DNA of 64,000 nt from NCBI GenBank assembly GCA_965235115.1, contig OZ249436.1, positions 19,842,001 to 19,906,000 on the forward strand, written 5' to 3'. Below, piece by piece: positions 1-11,653 of this stretch. This stretch comes from Laetmonice hystrix (taxonomy: Eukaryota). The position numbers and the translations under genes are program-made. The notes beneath the pieces are model-generated. The model was not told the DNA's origin, searched no databases, and saw only the letters and a program-made list of their open reading frames with translations. Positions within the stretch are counted from its first letter, which is position 1; each line of letters opens with the position of its first letter.

Positions 1-1169
1 AATCTCAGAACTAAAAATGAAGATACCGAATAAAAATGGAAACGTTTTGGCAACATATAATTTCAAACGTTTCACCATTTGGGCCGACTTGTTGGCTACA
101 GATAATTCAACACATTGATGTTCAGTATTTTGCAGGGATAAAAATGTACAATAACAATCTTCGGAAAGATTAATGTAAAGGGGACAGCCAAAACTCCATA
201 CAGTTACCTCTCATCCTTAATCTAATAGCAATACCACGTTAGAAAACCACGTTAAAAAATGTGACCCCTCCGTAACTCATTGCTTTGCTTAGATTTGAAC
301 AATTCATTTATTTTATTTACATTTAGCTGAGACAGCTGCCTCAATGAAGTTCACTGCCCTGGGCATCATGAATAAAGCGGTCGGGCGTCATGAAAGGGAG
401 CGGTTGCCCCCTAAATCTACCACTGGAATGAGGCTACTCTCACGTAGAAGTGTAAAGGCCTCTCAGACAGATGCTATCGTAGGAAGTCTCTCTCGCGTGG
501 AAGGGTCAAGCGACAGTTGCTTGCAATAGAATCTTGCTGGCTCGCTGCCAGCACTTGCAGATAGTGACTGTCGGCATTTTTCCCTCAGGTGGAAGGAACA
601 AAGATAGTTCTATCCGACAGCCTTGCGAGAAATGTCTCTATTTCCCTCTCACGTGGAAGGTCGCCTTCGAATAAAGTGTGAAGTCAAATCTAGCTTAGTT
701 CCTTTGTCACGTGAAGTTTTCGGCAGTTACTTTGGTTGTGACAGCCTATGTACCCAACCATTTTGACATTAGTTTCAAAAGTTGTAATACAAGTTTGACC
801 GACCTGACGAGATGGTAGGGGAATTTGAAGCACGCCCATGTCTCCCCCATCCGTGTCCACACTAGTTGTTCAACGATGACGTCATAGAGCAGTTCTATTT
901 CTCTAAGTGGCTAACACGCTGAGATGGTCTGAAAATGGTGGTCTTTATGAAATCGCTGAAAATACTTCAATAATGACTGTTGGCGGACTTCTTCGTCTCA
1001 GAGATAAGGTAGCCACAAATCGTTTGTTCACATCACGATATTTTTGCACGCGCACTGTTACCATCGCGTTTAGATTATTTTAACTTTCGGGGGGGGGGGG
1101 GGGGGGTATTATGTAACTAATAAGTGAAATAGTTAGTGGTTGTCATTAGTAAGATATAGTGACAGTGAT

Positions 1170-2606
1170 TTATATGTTTCTTCCTGAGAACATATGTTCT
1201 ATCTGTTCTATTGTCTTGTCTTTCGTTTCTGGGAGAAAAAACAATGAGTAAATGACTGAAAATAGATTCATTGCAGCAAGAATCCAAAATGCCACGTAAT
1301 CGCTGGTTATTTCAACGATGGCCGGAAAGCTCCGCATCAGAACAAACGCAAAAAGGTACGAGAGCCCCGCTGAAAAACTTGTTATGAATGCCCGACCTTT
1401 GTTGGGCACAATTTCAGTTCTGAGCAGAGGAATTGCAACTCCAACACCCAGCCGATTGGAAATGGCGTAAGATATCAAACATACAAACGAAGCCCATCTC
1501 CTAGCTGTTAGATCCAGAAACCTCTGGCAGAAATACAAACATCCCAGGCTAGCAAGTGTCACCGTTAGAAAAGCCAAAGAGGTGATGATGATTGGACGCC
1601 TGCCTATCTTGGCGACGAGGAAAATAGCCAGGAGCCCAGATGAAAAGTCGACAGCGCCATAGGTAAGCATCGGCAGCCATACGTCACCTTCCCAGCCAAG
1701 ACGACTGACGATGACGTCAAAATAAGACAAGATGATATGTATCCCGGTTGCCGGATATACAAAAGCAAGAGCGACTGCAATTATGGCCGGTTTGTAGGTC
1801 CCTGGCTCTATGAAACTGTGAAGCCATGACATTGAGGGGGAATCGCGGTTGGAGTCGGCGGATGCTTTCATGTCTTTGTACTCCTGGTTAATATCAACAT
1901 GATATCCCCGAAGTTCTGTGAGTGCTGAAAGTGCTTCGTTGTCCTGACCCTTTAAGAGAAGCCACCTTGGAGATTCTGGTATCGTCAACATGGCAAGTAG
2001 ACAGACAGTAGAAACACCAGCAGCAATGAGAGCTAGGTATCTCCATGGGAGGAAGGCTCCAACTGTCAGGTTAACGAGATTACTGCCCGCCAAAATAACG
2101 CCAGCCACTATGGCCAGGATACCTCGCAGACGGCTGGTAGTTATTTCACAAATATATATATATGCGGACGTGAAATAGAGCGTCCCTGCAACTCCAGTCA
2201 GTAGTCGGCCAAAATATAGCAGCGTGACGTTGGTGGAGGCTGCTATCAGTGCCCATCCAAGGGCGGAGCTGAAGGATACGATGATGTTGGTCAGCTTTCG
2301 TCCAAACCAATCCAGCAGTGGCACTCCGACAACGGCCCCCATGGCCCGGCCAATCATGAGGCAGGAAAGGAAGACGTACAGCTGGTCAAGCGTGACCAGT
2401 CCCTCGTCAACCATGGCCGGCCCGCTGACCCCTGTGAATCCTGTTGCCAGACCGCATGGCAATCCATTTGCACAAACTATCAGTGATGTCATAATCTGCT
2501 TATACATTTCTTCCGAGGTGTTTTTCTGGCCATTGAGCGGTGAACGATCAGTAAGCCTACTGGCACTCATTATGTCGAGGCAGTAGATCTTGTAATCCAT
2601 GCACAT
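1170..2606 (-). CDS. MFS sugar porter (SLC2/Tret1-like facilitated sugar transporter), intronless CDS, 478 aa
   Basis: Uninterrupted ORF with about 12 hydrophobic segments and the sugar-porter motifs DWFGRK, YICEI...RG, PESPRWL, KIGRR and PETK. The exact start Met is uncertain. Confidence 0.9.
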   Translation of the reverse strand: MCMDYKIYCLDIMSASRLTDRSPLNGQKNTSEEMYKQIMTSLIVCANGLPCGLATGFTGVSGPAMVDEGLVTLDQLYVFLSCLMIGRAMGAVVGVPLLDWFGRKLTNIIVSFSSALGWALIAASTNVTLLYFGRLLTGVAGTLYFTSAYIYICEITTSRLRGILAIVAGVILAGSNLVNLTVGAFLPWRYLALIAAGVSTVCLLAMLTIPESPRWLLLKGQDNEALSALTELRGYHVDINQEYKDMKASADSNRDSPSMSWLHSFIEPGTYKPAIIAVALAFVYPATGIHIILSYFDVIVSRLGWEGDVWLPMLTYGAVDFSSGLLAIFLVAKIGRRPIIITSLAFLTVTLASLGCLYFCQRFLDLTARRWASFVCLISYAISNRLGVGVAIPLLRTEIVPNKGRAFITSFSAGLSYLFAFVLMRSFPAIVEITSDYVAFWILAAMNLFSVIYSLFFLPETKDKTIEQIEHMFSGRNI

Positions 2607-3997
2607 TCGTTAAACGCCAATAACGGACGTACAGTTACGCTACGCATCCATGTACACCATGTGCGTCACCGATAGGTGCCTGTCGATCTCATGCGTCTAC
2701 TCCTGTGCGCGTTTGAAGAATGTCAGCGGAGAGATTGCTTTCCCTTTTTCTGCTGCATATCACTATCATGGCAACCCTGTAAACACGCTCACATTCGCGC
2801 CCATTTGCTGAAATGAACGCTCACAGATCCTGAACGGGACTCTGGGCAAGCTGCAGGGATAACGAGGACACCGGGGCGAACTACTTTCACCGTAGCACAT
2901 GGAAGACATGGCTTCCTGCGTGACACCAGTCAAACCGGCGGCGGTTAAGCTCAAGACAGTCAACCAGCGCAAGTTTAATTTAAGACCTGTTCAACAACAT
3001 CAGCCATCTTGCCAACGGGCACGCACTACTTTGTATCCACGGTGTAGTAATCTAACGAGTGTCACGAGTGAGGTGGCGCGGATGCTCCTAATCGGGCCGT
3101 GAGTGATATGTAAATCCCCGCACGAACGAAGATTGCCGAAGATTGCCGAAAGGACTCGAGTGTGAGAATGCCCTGTAAACTCAAGGAAGGCGGATGGAGA
3201 CAAGGGCTTGATATCTGCATGAGCATCTATAGGCTATTGCATCTATTGCCAGTGATAATTTTTACAGCAACTGGCTCATTTCGTCACAGCCATTTTAACA
3301 CCCACAGACATCTTGCTAGGTACAATAGTCCCAAAGGACAGCAGTGGCAATATTTGAAATGGGAAAAACTATAGCGGTATCCCAGTGTGTAGTTCCAAGG
3401 CAAAGTTAGTTGAGATTGCGTTAAAGGGAGGCAAATAAGGTTTCGTAGACCAAATGGAACGCCAGCATTTACCTCAGGGCAATAAATGTATATTGACGAA
3501 AAGTGAAAAAGTCTGATTACTATCCGCAATGATCTGGAATGTCCTATATATCATTGTCTGAACGCAGTCGTATACGTTCGTAACAGAGTTCTGCAGATCT
3601 TGCCGAATGCGAACCGTCACTGTCTGGTCACTGTCTGATCTCTGTCGGATCGCATTCGGGAGAATCGGGACGCTGTCGGGACAGATTCGGTCGTTTTTTA
3701 CCATGCGAAAGATACAAATCGGATCAGAATCGGATTGAGAACGGGATAATCGGGACCAATTCGGCTGGAAACAGCTGAATCGGGACGCTTCCTGAACAAT
3801 ATCTGATGGTTGTCGTGATTAAATAAATATTTTTACAAATTTCCAGCCACGAATCACAGGATCTTGATCCGACTTTTGACATGTTTTAATCGGGAATGGT
3901 CATATGCGGACTTAGGCCTAGTCATGCTATTAGTAAAAAAAAATTGTCAATATTCTCATTAGGAACTACTCTCACTATCAGTGGTGCTCATATACCT

Positions 3998-4259
3998 GGG
4001 CCCGGTTTTTTTGTTTACTTTTCCACCGTGAGCAAGGGTGAGCTGAGCTGAGCAAGAGTGAGCAGAAGCTCATGCTCACCGTTTTGCTCACCGTTTTCTT
4101 TTTTTGGGTGTTTTTCCGTGAGCTTGCTCACCATGAGCACGCCTCATGGAAAAAGCAACCCAAAAATACACGAAAACGATGAGAATGAGCTCATGCTCAC
4201 CCTTGCTCAGCTCAGCTCACCCTTGCTCACGGTGGAAAAGAAACAAAAAAACCGGGCCC
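3998..4259. mobile_element. MITE, nearly fully palindromic (GGGCCCGGTTTTTT... termini)
   Basis: GGGCCCGGTTTTTTTGTTT..TTTTCCACCGTGAGCAAGGGTGAGCTGAGCTGAGCAAG is mirrored by CTTGCTCAGCTCAGCTCACCCTTGCTCACGGTGGAAAAG..AAAAAACCGGGCCC. A related left end starts near 10513. Confidence 0.8.
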
Positions 4260-4904
4260 TGAACTCTCATCATGGTTGGAAATCTTGACACTATAATTTT
4301 CATTAGGTCACAGCTGAACTGTGACCTAATAGAACTCCTATCAGGTCGGACACCTCGACCCCACGCGAGCGCGTGCCCCCGCTACGCCAGTGCTCAACCC
4401 TGAACTTTCATCACGGTCGGAACTCGGAACTCGGAACGGTGGGCGCGCTGTATAACGTTAGTGCGGGCGGAATGACGATGGCAGGTCCTATGGCCTATTC
4501 ATAAGGTTAACCTCAGGGTTAACTTCTGCCCGGTTAGCCTGGGCTGGGCTCAAGGGGTAGGATGCAGGATGCGCGATGCCCCTTGGCCACTCAAGATGAT
4601 GGCTGCTACACTTGGCGATCGAACAGGGGTCCGCCCACCCGATTTGCCGCCTCATTTCAACCAATTAGATGGCGCGAAATGCGAATTTCGATGCGCTGGC
4701 CGCAGTCATAATTTCGACATAGGCCTATTATGACGGAGCCTTATTAGTGCAGGCCTATGTCCGGAGGTCTATGTCATCAGCACCTGCCAAAATGAATAGC
4801 GGTAATAACACAACAACCCTTGCAGTTGAAGCCCGTCTGCTATCTCCTGCTATGCCTTTTCCTTCTGACCCCTGTTGGCGTCTCGGCCTCTCGGAACACA
4901 TCTG

Positions 4905-7182
4905 AGGCCCGTTTCATAACTCGTTAAGAAAATGCGTTAATTTGTACGCGCTTGTTTATACTAGCCCGAAGTTTAACGCATTTTGCGTAACACGGTTTCA
5001 TAACTTGTAAAATGATCGCGCGTAAAACGATGTTGGGTTCGTTAATATACGCATTCGTTATTCAACGCTGAAAAGGCCGCTTGTGCTTGCGAAAAATATT
5101 AAATTTAGAGATCACACCAGGGCTGCGCTACCAATCACCACCTTGTGGTTCGATTGCGTACTACAAGATTTATTAGAAGATTATCATGCAGCTTAAGTAG
5201 GCCCCAATCATCCCCAATATGTGTGAAGAGTTGAGTGGCCTATAATGCTTAGTAATGCAATCTCGTACATTCGTCAGAGGACGCGGATGTGAAAGGAGAG
5301 GAGCGTTCTTTCCAGAATAATATATTGTCATCAGGTTTTAGTCATGCGCCCCCAATATTCATCTCTGAATCTGTGTTATCATAATATTTTGATTACTGCT
5401 ATTTTGTTGAGCCAACGCTTACGGGCCAAGTTTTGGTGGAAGAGGATTCACAAACACAGGAGCTCACCTCCGCTGTGCCCCTCATAGGTGTGGGAACCAA
5501 GGGGTGGGAGCAAGGTGGCGATTCCCCAACTTTGTATTGGCGGAAATAATATATTGTTTCGCCCCAATCTAATTAAAATTAGTTATTGGTATTCCGCGTC
5601 TATATCGGTTGTGTTAGTGCTGTCTCCGCTCCATACCTATATAGTATGGAACACATGCGATATAACTAAGATCTAATTTTAATTAGATTGAGTTTCACCC
5701 CCTCCCTATTATTTGCCATTTATATTTTAATAACAGAGATATGCCACTGCCATGAGACCAAAAATCAGGACAAGGAAAGTCACACTTATAGCTTTGGGCC
5801 ACAGAGGCCTCTGAATAGTTGACATTGTCTATTTTTTTTGACATATTTAGCTTATTTTGGATTCCAAGGGATTCCAAGCATCATAATATTATGATGTCCT
5901 ATTCAGTGGCAGCAGTAAGGAGACAAAGTTTACTTGTTGATGCATATTTGATGAAGGCACTGCAGTGATCGGGGGGGGGGGGGTCCAGGATTTTGTAACG
6001 GGGGGTTCAGAGGTAAAATTTGCTTAGGGGGAGGGGTCAGCGCGGTCAATTTAGATGTTCTTTCGGGGGAAAAGAGACATTGGTTGCCAAGGGGGGTTTG
6101 AAACCCCGACCCCCCCCCCCCCCCCGGCGCTGGGCCGGGCCATGCCTCAGTCTCGCTCCGCCTTCAATGAAAATATGGTTCCCATGCCTATGGTCCCTAT
6201 CCTAAAAGGAAACGAACCAAGCGTTGCTAAAATTTAACTACAATATATGTGTTGGTGAAACGAACTGTATGTAGTGTGTTCATTGCAAGAAAATATATTA
6301 TCTAAATGTTTGAGTGACAGGTTCTCTGGTATGAAAACCGCGATGGTTCATTGCCTGTCCCCTGTCTCCTTGTTGAGCCTCTGCTAAATGACGGCTAGAT
6401 AGAGAGGAGGAGGCGTGTATAATTATTGGTATCCCGCGATTAATTGCAATATTGTGAAGACATGCTATTGCAAATACAAACCTAGCCTACGTAGTAAGCC
6501 TCAGCCAGTGAGGCTTACGACCACTCAATGTTAAAAATTGGTGTGTCAGTGGCAGCGCAAATGCATGTACCGATCAACTCACCGGCATCCATTTATCAGG
6601 GGCAATGTCTTCTTTTAGTTGTTCGACAAGTATTTTAAGGATAAAACATCAAATTCCGAAGTGTCGTACAGCTGCGGCTTCCGTGGCCTGTTTATGTCCC
6701 AGCATGCATCTCTTAGACCTAGCAAGGTTCCCTGCTCTACGTATGTCGTAACATAGCGGACGCGTCTGTTAGGCAGGGTACCAGGCTACTCCCTGACCCG
6801 GGAGGTCAAAATGGCCGCGATAGGCAGAGAGCGAAATTCGTCGATTCCAGACTTTGTGCTGCCCTTATTAGCTATGTCTCGTCGAGCTTTCCAAACTTGG
6901 AAATAAGTGAGATAAGTTACTTGAAGCGTGTTTATTAGTATTCAGTCCAGATATATGGGCGGGGGAGGGGTTTTCATGGTGGTTGGATGATTTGACCGAA
7001 CACACCAGGAACTTGCACTACGTGGCGCCCGTCTCTGTATACGGTAGTACAGAGTACTAGTCCCCGGGTCACTCTGTATGGTAGGCCCGCTTTATGAGTT
7101 ATGCAACCGTTTAACGCGTTTTTCGTTTATTAACGCGTTTCACACCTTAACGAGCGCACAAACTTAGTTATGAAACGGGCCC
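4905..7182. mobile_element. Non-autonomous TIR element, PIF/Harbinger-like (about 2.3 kb, probably with nested inserts)
   Basis: TIR GGCCCGTTTCATAACT (4906-4921) and its exact reverse complement AGTTATGAAACGGGCC (7166-7181), flanked by CTG...CAG (CWG). No transposase ORF. Confidence 0.65.
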
Positions 7183-8044
7183 CAGCTTCACTCTCAGTGA
7201 ACCGACGAAAAGAAACGGCCAGGTCAGCGATCGCGGTCAAGTTCAAGTAACCAGCGCGTGAAACAAACACGCCCCTAGTTCCTAAAGGGATTCCCCCGTT
7301 GCGATTTTACTCACAACGAGGCTTGGGGATTCCTCTCAACCGTGGAGCTGTAGTGGACCATAAACATACTTGGTGCATCGTGCATGATCTTGCCGGACAA
7401 CGATGGCAAATCCAGAAGATATTGTAACTTTGACAAGAGGAGATGACGCTTCTGCTTCGGTTCATTTATACGGTGGGTAATAGGTTGATAACTCAGGGGT
7501 ATCAGCTCCACAAACAATGACTAACCGCTGGATATTCAACTTCACAGGACAGGCAAAGCGAGAGGACGTTTCACCCCAGTAAATCCGACACGTAGATATA
7601 TGGCCTTCGTGCCACGCCCACGGCCAGGGGTCCCGGGTACTAGAGTATTGTATTAGTCCATGGGGGTAGGGCCTAGCTACCCATCCCGATCTGGATGCAG
7701 GTACGATGGGTGGCAAAGAAAGATCATCGGTCGCTTATTGCAAATTGAAAGTTGGGTCAGCGGATCAGCTAAGCCTCAGAAAAGATCCTACCATCCCACT
7801 GTGGACTACCGGACGAGGGTAATTCGCATTACCCTCGTCAAAATGACGACCAGCGACCGCACGCTTCGAGAAGTTTTCCCCATTTTTCTCCCATTTAGAT
7901 TTCTCTGAATGACCTCAAAAGTAGTTGAAATGTGAGGAAAGATGTACTTAATGTGCACAATCCGCTGTCTTTTCGTAGCTGTTGGTAAATGCCGTGAAAA
8001 TAGCCTGTAAAGTTCGATTCCAAGAACCCCCAAAAACCTATACT

Positions 8045-8525
8045 TCGATTTGGTTGAGAAGTTCTAGGACTTTTTTACTTTTGGCACCCATTGTGGCGGC
8101 CATCTTGGATATATGTGTTAAAGGATTGCTCCGATGTGAAATTTTCTTTTTTCCATTGGATTCACTGCCCACAAAAACTTAGACACCAAAATGAGCTTCT
8201 TAAGTGATTTGGTTGAGAAGTTATAGGCTAGTACATTTTCACTTTCAGCTTCCATTGTGGCAGCCATCTTGGATTTATGCGTTAAAGGAGTGATCCGATG
8301 TGAAATTTTCTTTCTCAATTGGATCCCTGTCCCTATATAACAACCTTGGCCTATAGGCCTACTTAGACACCAAAATCAGCTTCCTAAGTGATTTGGTTGA
8401 GAAGTTATAAGACTTTTTCACTTTCGGCTCCCATTGTAGCGGCCATTTTGGATTTATGCGTTAAAGGAGTGATCCGATGTGAAATTTTCTCAATTGGATT
8501 CCCTGCCCCAAAAAAGTTATAGACT
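8045..8525. repeat. Three diverged tandem copies of a ~160-180 bp unit
   Basis: GATTTGGTTGAGAAGTT...CCATTGTGGCGGCCATCTTGGAT...GTTAAAGGA...CCGATGTGAAATTTTCT recurs at about 8048, 8207 and 8390. Confidence 0.75.
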
Positions 8526-11500
8526 AATGCCAGTAATGACCCGTTGCAAGAACATTTTGCGAAGTTAATCCCAAGAATGGCTTAACTCAGTTAGGGGCCT
8601 AGGCCTAGGCCTCCTAGCCTAGGCCCCTATATAAGCTATCTAGCCTAGATTTAAGGTTGAGTACCCGGTAGGCCTACGTTTGGTAGTCCTGTTTAATGGA
8701 ATTCTTTTGTGCTTGGCCAGCGAAATAAGGGCCAGTCTCCAAAAATGAGAAAAGGCTAGAAAATTCTGACTTTCTGGGAACTGAAAATACATGTAGGCCT
8801 AGCCTACGGTAGCCTATATTAGGGTATAACCATGAGTGGGCCACTTGGGAAAGGTATAGGCCTACTTACCATGAGTTGGCCACTTTTAGGGGTTCATTGC
8901 TGCCACTAAATTACATATTCGAGGGTGCTTCCATCTGGTGTCAGTAATTAATGTCGAAACGTTTCATAGCTGCCATCTGACGAGTTTGTCAGTAACAAAA
9001 ATTACGATGTCGCGAAATGTTTTCCCAGAGAATGTTACCAGTTTCTCCCACGTGACTTGTGACGTAACTTTCGGTGTGTGGAAATTTTCATTTAGTGCTC
9101 ACCATATGAAACGTCCTACTGGAAACATTTGCCATGCTTGGTATAGCCACTAAAACTCGTAGAAGATTGTACTTAATAGAAAAATAATAATTAGGCCTAG
9201 AACACAATTTTTATATTAGCTTTTTTTTTGGCAATCTAGGCCTATATGTCAGGGTCACCTTGAGTGGGCCTCTGTTAGGCCTACCATGAGCGGGCCACCC
9301 CCAGTCACCATGAGTGGGCCACCCGCCGGGTTACCACCCACTCAAAGGCCCCCATAGCTAATATTTTAAGATTAAGATAAGTTTCCGAAAATAATTGAAC
9401 CAAATACTTTATTTGAGCATTAAAGGGAATAGAACAGTTCAAACTATCAATATAAGGGTGTTCAGCATGAACAAGCTTGTTCTTAGGCCTACCTACAATT
9501 CTGTGATTATCTGATCTTTAGGCTAATAGGCCTAAAGGAATAATCAACCGAAATGCAGGGGCATAGGAAGCTGGGGGCAGAGGGGGCTGCTGCCCCCCCC
9601 CCCCCCCAATATTTATAAAATGACTGCATGGCTCAATGCAAAAGCATCTAGGCGTAAGTCATTGTGACGTCACTTCTGCCCCCCCCCCCCCAATATTTTT
9701 TTTCCTTCCTACACCGGTACTGAAATGTAGAGACATTCTCCCGCTGGCTTCGTCGGTTTGTTTACCCTATTTGGCCCTTACCGCGGATCTCAATCTATTA
9801 ATAGATATAGGCTCCCGCTGTCTCGCGTGGGAAATAGCGAATGACCCGGGCAGTAATTTTAAAAAGTCGCCGTTGACAGTGTTCCACTTATCGGTGTGAC
9901 CTTAGACACTTTATAATGTTACTGCAGGGGCGTAGACAAGGGGGGGGGGGGGGGGCTTGGGGGGGCTGAAGCCCCCCCCCCCATGTCCAGAAATTCATGA
10001 CGGGCGCCTTGCGCATGCGCAGTTCCGGCCCATTGGGCCCACAGCCAAATCGAATGGAGAGATTATTTAAATTGCCTGTAGAGGGCGGTAAAGTATAGCA
10101 GTGCCATTTGCCTGATCGCTGTTCGAACCAGAGAGGTTTTATAGGTATTCTCTCAAAAAATCGTAGCAATCTGACCATTTTTTCCTATTTACATGGTGTG
10201 GTTGAAGTATGAGGACCCAGACCAGCCTTTTACCGGGAAGGCGAGGGCATTTTCCGCATGTCACAACATTATCAACGGTGCTCAGCACCACAATAATGGG
10301 AGATACTCTAGTTGCACGATTAATAGACAGATGGCGACACTGTACTGTACCCGACAAGGGATGTTTCAAGGAATTCCGAGGAAATTTTTTCGTTTACATG
10401 GGGGGGTTGAAGTTGAGCTGTTTTCACTGACATGAAACATGTTAGGTAGGCCTATGGAAGAAACTGGGGAAGTCCCGCTTCAGAAAAAAAGCTAAAATTC
10501 CTTTCAAGACCTGGGTCCGGTTTTTTGGTCATCGTCTCAGACTCATGCTCATCTCATCTCATGCCATGGTGAGTCTCGGTGGAGATCAAATCGGTTTTTT
10601 TTTAGTTGAGATTGAGCTTTAGTTCAGTTGAGAAATCGTCTCAGACTCAGTCGTCTCACTGGCCGAAAATGGAATAATCGTGACGACACAATGGGTGCAA
10701 CAATCACCAGTCCATTGTGACGTAACAAAGGTAACCAGCGATACTAGCGCTTGCAGCGCTCCCTGCGGATTTTTCATGTCAGCTTTTTCTGGGTATGCCC
10801 CAGATTTTACCACTTGTCTACGCCCCTGTACTGGTGTTCAAAGGTAGGCCTACGTTAGTGAGGAACTTTTCTATTCCCTTTAAAGTTGAGGAACGCAAAT
10901 GGAAAGCATTTTTGGTGGCAGTGAAGGAAGAAAGAAGGCTCAGTGAAACGGGAGAGGTGCATAGGTGGCTAGTAGAAGTCTAGGCCTATAGGCCTACCTA
11001 ATAGCAAAGAAAGAAAAGCAATAAAAGGTAAAACAAAAAGTAGGGTTCAAGTGTAGGTAAAGGGAAGCTTGGTAGGCCTATCTACGGATGATCAGTGTAG
11101 ACCTCTAAGTAATTAGGCCCTAATGCTGCCACATGTAGGCCTAGCCTATATAGTGTCTAGATAATAATATGATGTAGCTATAGGAATAATAATAATAGGC
11201 CTAATAATAATAATAGGCCTAATAATACTAATAATAGGTAATACCACGTGCGGTCCACTCATGGTGACCCCCCGGTCCACTCATGAATGGTGACCCCTGG
11301 CCCACTCATGGTGATTTTGGCTCACAACTTTTCGATTCCTCACACTAGGCCCTAGGCCTATTAGATCGCTGTTTAGGCCCAGGCCGAGGCCTACCATGCT
11401 TTGACCATCTTTGCTTACCACATCTAGAGCGCCCTCTGTCGGGGATAGTGGGGACGCATCGTCACTGGCTGCCAGTCCATCGTCAAAGACGTACGGTCGT

Positions 11501-11653
11501 CACGTGACCAGTATAGTCGTTTTGCCAGGCCGAGATCGAAATGATCTTTGCCCTAGCCTAGGCCTAGGCCTAAAACAGTATTATGGTTAGGGTTTAGAAG
11601 TTTCTCTTTATGCTTTATCCTTGAACGTTATGAAAAGTAATGTTGTAGGGATC

